From a bacterium (GTDB lineage Bacteria; Patescibacteriota; Microgenomatia; Daviesbacterales; UBA10151), in NCBI GenBank assembly GCA_021786105.1, contig JAJYNW010000005.1, positions 61,070-125,069 of the forward strand: a stretch of DNA of 64,000 bases. The letters run 5' to 3'. Below are positions 58,466-64,000 of the stretch, in pieces. Position numbers and translations under genes: made by a program. Under the pieces are notes generated by a model, which saw only the letters and a list, made by a program, of their open reading frames with translations, was not told the origin of the DNA and searched no databases. Every line of letters starts with the position of its first letter. Position 1 is the stretch's first letter.

Positions 58466-59779
58466 ATGCCAAAAAAGACTATGAATAAATTCCGCAAAAA
58501 AGTTGCAGTACTTGGAGGTGGTGTTTCTGGACTTGCTGCGGCTTTAACTCTTGCTGAAGGCGGATTCAAGGTTATAGTTGCTGAGAGCTCGCCATATATT
58601 GGCGGTGCAGCGGGATCAGTGGGGATTCCCGACGGGAGAATAGCATCTATTGGTTACCATCATATTGTGGGTTCAGATAAAAGATTATTAGAGGTGCTGA
58701 ATAAGTTAGACCTAATTTCGCGGGTAAACTGGAAAAAGATACATGTTTCCACTTTGGTGGATAAGAAAAATATTGACCTGGCATCGCCGAAAGACGTCAT
58801 GCTTTTTAAAAGACTTCCTTTCATTTCGCGGTTTAAATATATGTTTTTGGGTGCCAGATGTATGCTTACTAAGGACTGGTCGTCATGGAAAGACAGGACA
58901 GTAACGGAATTTGTAAAAAGCTGGGCAGACGAAAAAGTTTTGCAGGCAATTTTTGCCCCACTGGTGGATATTAAATTCGGACTTTTAAGCGATCAGGCGG
59001 ATGCGGCTTGGTTGGGTCGCAGGTTAAGCCATGCTGAAGGCAGAACTCCTTTCGGCTTTATACCTTGCGCCAGCTGGAACGAGGAGATGTGCCAGGAATT
59101 TAAAAGAAGAATTGAATCTTTGGGCGGAGAAATAATGCTGAATACACCATTAAATGCAATTGCACTTGACAAAAAAGGGAAGGTAAAGAGTGTAAAATTA
59201 GGCAGTAAAACAATTAAGGTAGATGCAGCTTTAAATACTATTCCTCCTCCTGCGCTCAACCCAATTTTAATAGAGGCTAAAGCGCCTTCTCGTTGGTTAC
59301 GTGTTTTAGGGGGGATCAAATATATGTCCTGCTATAGCCTTTTAGCCGGATTGCCAACTGTGCCGTTCCGCGATTATTGGACTGTATTTCTTTATCCACG
59401 GGCAATATTTGGAGGATGTTTTTCGATTTCAAATTTGAACCATACCTTGATAACTAAAAAAGACAAAGCGGTGATTAACCTCTTCACAAATCTAGAATAT
59501 GGGAAAAGACCATGGAGTTTGAAAAAATATGAAGAAATGGTAATCAGTGACCTTCAGACTGTAACTGGGAAAAAGATTAGACCTAATTGGGTAAAAACAA
59601 ACATCATTAAGTTTGTATCCCCAATTTTTAGTGTTGGGTATAAAAATCCGCCAGCAAAATTAGGTGAAAATTTATATTTAGCAGGTATATACAGAACTTA
59701 TCCGAAGTTTTCTACCACAGGTGAGGCGATGGCTAGTGGAATAGAGACCGCTAACCTACTACTTAAAGACTTTAATTAA
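58466..59779 (+). CDS. FAD-dependent oxidoreductase (amine oxidase/HemY-like superfamily; PRK07233-like)
   Basis: VAVLGGGVSGLAAA..L, E.....GG.A.S, YHHI, C-terminal LYLAG........A..SG. Start ATG 58466 or slightly downstream. Confidence 0.85.
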   Translation: MPKKTMNKFRKKVAVLGGGVSGLAAALTLAEGGFKVIVAESSPYIGGAAGSVGIPDGRIASIGYHHIVGSDKRLLEVLNKLDLISRVNWKKIHVSTLVDKKNIDLASPKDVMLFKRLPFISRFKYMFLGARCMLTKDWSSWKDRTVTEFVKSWADEKVLQAIFAPLVDIKFGLLSDQADAAWLGRRLSHAEGRTPFGFIPCASWNEEMCQEFKRRIESLGGEIMLNTPLNAIALDKKGKVKSVKLGSKTIKVDAALNTIPPPALNPILIEAKAPSRWLRVLGGIKYMSCYSLLAGLPTVPFRDYWTVFLYPRAIFGGCFSISNLNHTLITKKDKAVINLFTNLEYGKRPWSLKKYEEMVISDLQTVTGKKIRPNWVKTNIIKFVSPIFSVGYKNPPAKLGENLYLAGIYRTYPKFSTTGEAMASGIETANLLLKDFN

Positions 59780-59838
59780 AACCGCCGAAAAGTCAAATAA
59801 GATTTACAAAGAACGATAGGGATGTTATGATCAATTTA

Positions 59839-60378
59839 ATGCTAAAGCTTCAGACAATAAAGAAAAACCTTAAACTATTCCTCTGTTCCCTTCTGTTTCT
59901 GTTTACCCTAAGCCTGTTAAATGCTAATTTTGCAAATGCTTCTGATATTGCTGCAACTGAATCTTCTTCTCAGAGCGCCACTATCGAAAATGTACATCTT
60001 TCTAATATTGTAGATAGGCTTGTTGAAAGAATAACTATGCTCTTTAAATTTTCAACTACAGATAAAATTAATTACCAAATGCAGTTAACTGAGAAAAGAT
60101 TAGGAGAGCTAGACTATGCGGTTGTAAACGATAGGGGAGACTTGATTGAGGAGCTTTCTTCCCGCTACTCCACTTATGTTGGGAATTTGACAGAAATGAT
60201 TGTAAAAAATAAAGCCTTGGATAAGAAACAATCTGTTTTAGATATGTACAATCGTCATTCGAAGATTGTCGATGAGTTAGACAAGAAATTTGAAGCCAAT
60301 TCAGGACTCTGGCTACTGATGGAGCATGATAAAAATTATCTCAAAATATATTCGGATCAACTTAAAGACTTGCACTAG
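59839..60378 (+). CDS. Exported helical protein, DUF5667-like
   Basis: Signal peptide ending ANA-SD; ERITMLF.FS..DK......L.EKRL.EL pattern. Start moved to ATG 59839 (TGtTATGAT 7 nt upstream). Confidence 0.65.
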   Translation: MLKLQTIKKNLKLFLCSLLFLFTLSLLNANFANASDIAATESSSQSATIENVHLSNIVDRLVERITMLFKFSTTDKINYQMQLTEKRLGELDYAVVNDRGDLIEELSSRYSTYVGNLTEMIVKNKALDKKQSVLDMYNRHSKIVDELDKKFEANSGLWLLMEHDKNYLKIYSDQLKDLH

Positions 60379-60401
60379 TATCCTAAATATATCTTTTTGA
60401 A

Positions 60402-63026
60402 ATGATTAATACAAAGCTCCTGGCGAAACTTACTTCTTTTGTTTCCAGTCACTTTGTACTCATCTTATTTTTAGTGGTTGTAATTTCCTATGGGCAGATG
60501 CTCAAGATGTACGTTTATCAGGACGATAATGCAATCTTCTTTAAACTAGCGCATCTGGAAGGGAATGCTGGCTTTTTAGGACCTGGGCCTTTCGGTGAAG
60601 GACCTTATAAATATTCAGCAACACCCTATATCCCTATTTATTATTTTTTTGGATATAACACTGTTGCATATTACAGTCTAGCTTTCGTTCTATATTTCTT
60701 AGCCGCTGTCTTTGTTTATAAAGTTTTTTCTGAAATTATAGGTAAAACCTCTGGTAAAATAACCGGATTTTTATTTGCTGCCGGATATATAGCATCTGAT
60801 GGATTTATCAGACTTTATAACAGTGTAACAACGAGCTTTACTATTATCTTGGCTAGCTTACTTTTATTTTTATACTGGAAATTTTATAAAACAAATAACT
60901 ACAAATGGTATCTACTTTCTTTACCAATATTTTTAGCAGCAATTGAATTTGGGCAGTCACGAACACATTATTTGGTCGGAGTTGTTATTTTATTTGAGCT
61001 AGTATTCTTAGCGTTTAACAAGCCAATAAAATCCTTTTTTCCCTCTTTCCTCCGGCTTACCCCCTTTCTGCTTATTTTCTACCGTTATTTTTTGCAAAAT
61101 GCTGATTCCCGTTCCGGTCAGATTGCACAGTTGCTTATTGCATTTTCTAAAGGGGAATTTTTTCAAAGTTTTGGGATTGTGACTACACTAACTAATTTAG
61201 TTATTCCAGATTGGTTAACAAGCTCCTCTATTTTACACGCTCCGCTGGTATTTATCGCTTCTTTATTTTGGAGAGCTGGCGCAAGAAAAATTTTTACAAA
61301 TCCTATGTTGGAAGTCGGAGACCAATCAAAGATATTACTGTTTTTGGGTTGTATTCTAATTGCAGTTATTGCTGCACTAGCAATATTGATAAAAGATTCA
61401 CAAAAGAAAAAAATATTCATTTTCTTGAGTTTTTGGATGATGATTAATATTGCTGCCTATTCAGCATATATGCCACTCGTAACTTACGAATCAATTCATA
61501 GATATATTGCCCATTCCTTTTTACCGTTGGTTGGAATTTTGGGGCTTTTAGCTACATTATTCCAAGGGAAAAAGCTAAGAATCTTTCTCTTATCTGTCGT
61601 TGTGCTTTGGGGCATTGGGAACTTATCGGCCGCTTATGCGATGCAAAATAATATTATTGAGAATCGGAGTATTCCCTCCCGAAGTTTTTATCAGCAGCTT
61701 AGGAACTATGTACCTCAAATAAAGAAAGGTGATATTTTATATTTTGATGTAGCGGAAAATGCTTCCCAGCGTTTCGCAGATGCCATAATAGTCTCTCAGA
61801 TGCCTGATACGGCATCGCTGGCTTGGAAATATGGAATTGATAGGTATGATTTTAAACGGTTTCTTGATTTTGCTAGTTTAGCCAAAGAGATCAAGGACGT
61901 CCATTCGGATGGGAATAACGTCTACACCTTTTTCTATGACGGCGATTTACTGGTTAACACTACTGAACAATTTCGGCAGCAGTTAGCAGGTAGTTCTAAT
62001 TTTCAGGAAGTTACCGCGTCTTTGCCTTCGAAATCTGAAACCTCAGTCCAAAATACTGCAGAAGGGACTTTGTTAACTCAGACAGAAGCCACAATTCAAT
62101 TCCAAAAGTCCCTTTCGGGGATCTTTCCTTCAGAATTGGAGGTGGACATTTCTGCTACCCCTTTGGATTACGGCAAAGTTTCCTGTCCGTGTTTTTCCTC
62201 GCTTGATGACCTAGTAAAAAAGACAACTAGCGGTATTAACATATCTAACGTATTTGATTATCAGCAACACAAAAATGAATTTTTTAAAACATCTAAAATT
62301 ACAGTAAGTAATCAATGGCAGGATCGAGTTGTGGAAAACCTATTCGATAACGATAACAGCACAGTGTGGCAGGCAGACCGAATCTTGTGGCATTCAAAGG
62401 AAACAGCTATATCCATTGATTTGGGGCAGCAAGAAGAAGTAGATAGACTTGTTTGGGTGAATGGTTTTGCAAATAATACTCCCACAAATTACTCTATCTT
62501 GGTTTCAAAGGATGGAGATAATTGGAATACAGTAAAAAGGGTGGACAAAGTTCAAAAAATAGATGGAGGACAACTAGAGGTAGTTGATTTTCCTATAACC
62601 CAAGCACGTTTTGTTAAGATGGTTATTACGGGCACTATTAGCAAAGATTCGCCAGCAGTTGCGGAAGTTTGGGTTGTTCCTGCTAAGTTTTCAGATTTAG
62701 ATATCACCAAAGCTGAAACGATTATCGGGAAACCGTTAGCGTATCTTCAAGATGGCAAGACAAGTTACGATATTCTCAGAGATTTAAACTATCAGGGAAA
62801 ATTGAAAATTTATTGGAAATCAAATAAATATGAGTCCTGGAAAAGCAGCGAAAAATCTTACTTAGTTGTAAACTACGACGGTGTCAGCCATCAATATAAG
62901 TTTTCGTTACCTGCCGGAGGTACAGAAATTTCGGCACTTAAACTTGTACCAGTGACAATACCTGGGGAATTGAAAGTAAATAAAATATCTGCCAGATATA
63001 TTTCTCTGGATGAGCTATCGAAATAA
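60402..63026 (+). CDS. GT-C membrane protein fused to an F5/8 type C (discoidin/CBM32-like) domain
   Basis: YQDDN after TM1, multi-TM, HRY. C-terminal NLFDNDNSTVW, IDLGQ...VD, Y.I.VS.DG.NW, ARFVKM.I, VAEVWV. Confidence 0.8.
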   Translation: MINTKLLAKLTSFVSSHFVLILFLVVVISYGQMLKMYVYQDDNAIFFKLAHLEGNAGFLGPGPFGEGPYKYSATPYIPIYYFFGYNTVAYYSLAFVLYFLAAVFVYKVFSEIIGKTSGKITGFLFAAGYIASDGFIRLYNSVTTSFTIILASLLLFLYWKFYKTNNYKWYLLSLPIFLAAIEFGQSRTHYLVGVVILFELVFLAFNKPIKSFFPSFLRLTPFLLIFYRYFLQNADSRSGQIAQLLIAFSKGEFFQSFGIVTTLTNLVIPDWLTSSSILHAPLVFIASLFWRAGARKIFTNPMLEVGDQSKILLFLGCILIAVIAALAILIKDSQKKKIFIFLSFWMMINIAAYSAYMPLVTYESIHRYIAHSFLPLVGILGLLATLFQGKKLRIFLLSVVVLWGIGNLSAAYAMQNNIIENRSIPSRSFYQQLRNYVPQIKKGDILYFDVAENASQRFADAIIVSQMPDTASLAWKYGIDRYDFKRFLDFASLAKEIKDVHSDGNNVYTFFYDGDLLVNTTEQFRQQLAGSSNFQEVTASLPSKSETSVQNTAEGTLLTQTEATIQFQKSLSGIFPSELEVDISATPLDYGKVSCPCFSSLDDLVKKTTSGINISNVFDYQQHKNEFFKTSKITVSNQWQDRVVENLFDNDNSTVWQADRILWHSKETAISIDLGQQEEVDRLVWVNGFANNTPTNYSILVSKDGDNWNTVKRVDKVQKIDGGQLEVVDFPITQARFVKMVITGTISKDSPAVAEVWVVPAKFSDLDITKAETIIGKPLAYLQDGKTSYDILRDLNYQGKLKIYWKSNKYESWKSSEKSYLVVNYDGVSHQYKFSLPAGGTEISALKLVPVTIPGELKVNKISARYISLDELSK

Positions 63027-64000
63027 TGAAAAAGTATTTGTTCGCTTTACTACTTGCTTTAGCTTTTTTCTTGATTCAGTTTTTTACCTTGCCTGATTAC
63101 GGAGTTTCATGGGATGAGGCGCTTCACTTTATGAGGGGGCAGGCTTATCTACACTACTTTTTAACTGGTAGGTTATCATATGCTGATCTAAATATCCCTG
63201 ATCTGGATTCTTTAAAAGGAAACCAATTACAACAATTTTGGGGTAAAAGAAGTCTGTACCAAAGTGATGTTCACAATGGTGAATTCTTTGTGAATGGGGT
63301 TTCGGAAAAGAAAATCGGCCATCCTCCATTAAACGATGATCTGGCTGCTACTTTAAACTATGTTTTTTTTCAGAAACTCGGCATAGTGAGTGATATAACC
63401 TCATATCATTTATTCAATATATTTGCCTCTTCTATTTTAGTTTTTATAGTTACGGTTTTTGCATTGGAGACATTTGGGGTATTGGCTGGAGTGGTTTCAT
63501 TCCTTTCTCTTGTGACATATCCACTTTTCTTTTCAGAAGCGCACTTTAATATCAAAGATCCAATTGAGGCGGCATTCTTTGCCGGATCAATATGGGCCTT
63601 TTATAAACTAATGAATTCTAAACGACCAAGATGGATAGCTATACTTGCATTGTTTTTAGGTTTGGCGATAGGTACAAAATTCAATATTTTATTCTTGCCT
63701 TTTATTCTGTGTCCTTATATTTTGTTTAGTTTTCCTCAAATAATTTCTGCGCCTTTGGAGGTTGTTAAAAAGGTTCCATTAAGATTTTACATATGGGGTA
63801 TATTGGGGATATTGCTGGCAGGTGGATTATTTTTTATTAGCTGGCCATCTTTATGGTCGGGATTTCCTAAGAGTTTAATTTATGTCCTAAAATATTATCG
63901 AGATATCGGCACGGGATATAATTATCAACCGGATAATTATTACTTTTTGGGATTTAACCTGTATCCGCTACTTTGGATAATCTTTACAACTCCGAGATCG
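63026..64000 (+). CDS. GT-C glycosyltransferase (PMT_2-like), paralog of 46459-48552 (3' truncated; absent from the ORF track)
   Basis: Read from the TAATG overlap: MKKYLFALL...TLPDYGVSWDEALHFMRGQAYLHYFLTG...GHPPL...HFNIKD...GTKFN; open to the window end. Confidence 0.85.
   Translation, partial: MKKYLFALLLALAFFLIQFFTLPDYGVSWDEALHFMRGQAYLHYFLTGRLSYADLNIPDLDSLKGNQLQQFWGKRSLYQSDVHNGEFFVNGVSEKKIGHPPLNDDLAATLNYVFFQKLGIVSDITSYHLFNIFASSILVFIVTVFALETFGVLAGVVSFLSLVTYPLFFSEAHFNIKDPIEAAFFAGSIWAFYKLMNSKRPRWIAILALFLGLAIGTKFNILFLPFILCPYILFSFPQIISAPLEVVKKVPLRFYIWGILGILLAGGLFFISWPSLWSGFPKSLIYVLKYYRDIGTGYNYQPDNYYFLGFNLYPLLWIIFTTPRS

Noticed and set aside
114-63329. Many 60-156 aa ORFs in the track lying antisense to or out of frame within long genes (e.g. 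10884-11354, 17918-18232, 58993-59319, 63129-63329)
   Set aside because: They overlap well-supported genes and have no recognisable motifs; these are shadow ORFs. 63129-63329 is antisense to the real truncated GT-C starting at 63026.
1-64000. Alternative genetic code (TGA read as Gly, as in Gracilibacteria/Absconditabacteria)
   Set aside because: Full-length genes are obtained with code 11, and TGA serves as stop in several ATGA overlaps.
1-64000. Mobile element, prophage, integron or defence system
   Set aside because: No transposase, integrase, phage, nuclease or reverse transcriptase motifs and no regularly repeated attC-like sites were seen.
33600-64000. Impression that the right half is more AT-rich than the left (separate acquisition)
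   Set aside because: Cannot be quantified by eye and is confounded by membrane-protein codon bias; needs sliding-window GC and codon analysis.

Overview
A gene-dense, AT-rich bacterial window (about 47 CDS, standard genetic code, first and last genes truncated) devoted almost entirely to cell-surface glycosylation. It holds 19 predicted multi-TM GT-C-fold (lipid-phosphate-sugar donor) glycosyltransferases of PMT/ArnT, PIG-V, GT87/PIG-M/ALG6 and YfhO types, several fused to sugar-binding or deacetylase-like domains. It also holds 10 GT2 (three polyprenol-P-sugar synthase-like), 4 GT4 (one with ALG11-type motifs), two Wzx flippases, an LPG-synthase-TM flippase-like protein, an MBOAT/SGNH O-acetylation pair, two SAM methyltransferases, an NAD epimerase, a DUF362 protein and an FAD oxidoreductase. 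No priming phosphoglycosyltransferase, Wzy/Wzz/Wza, rml/manC/galU-type nucleotide-sugar pathway, RNA gene, CRISPR array or mobile element was seen. Gene content, a DUF5667-like protein and TAnnnT boxes 6-8 nt before start codons suggest a Patescibacteria (CPR, probably Microgenomates) genome; this is inference. Family calls come from motif recognition by eye, not database searches.
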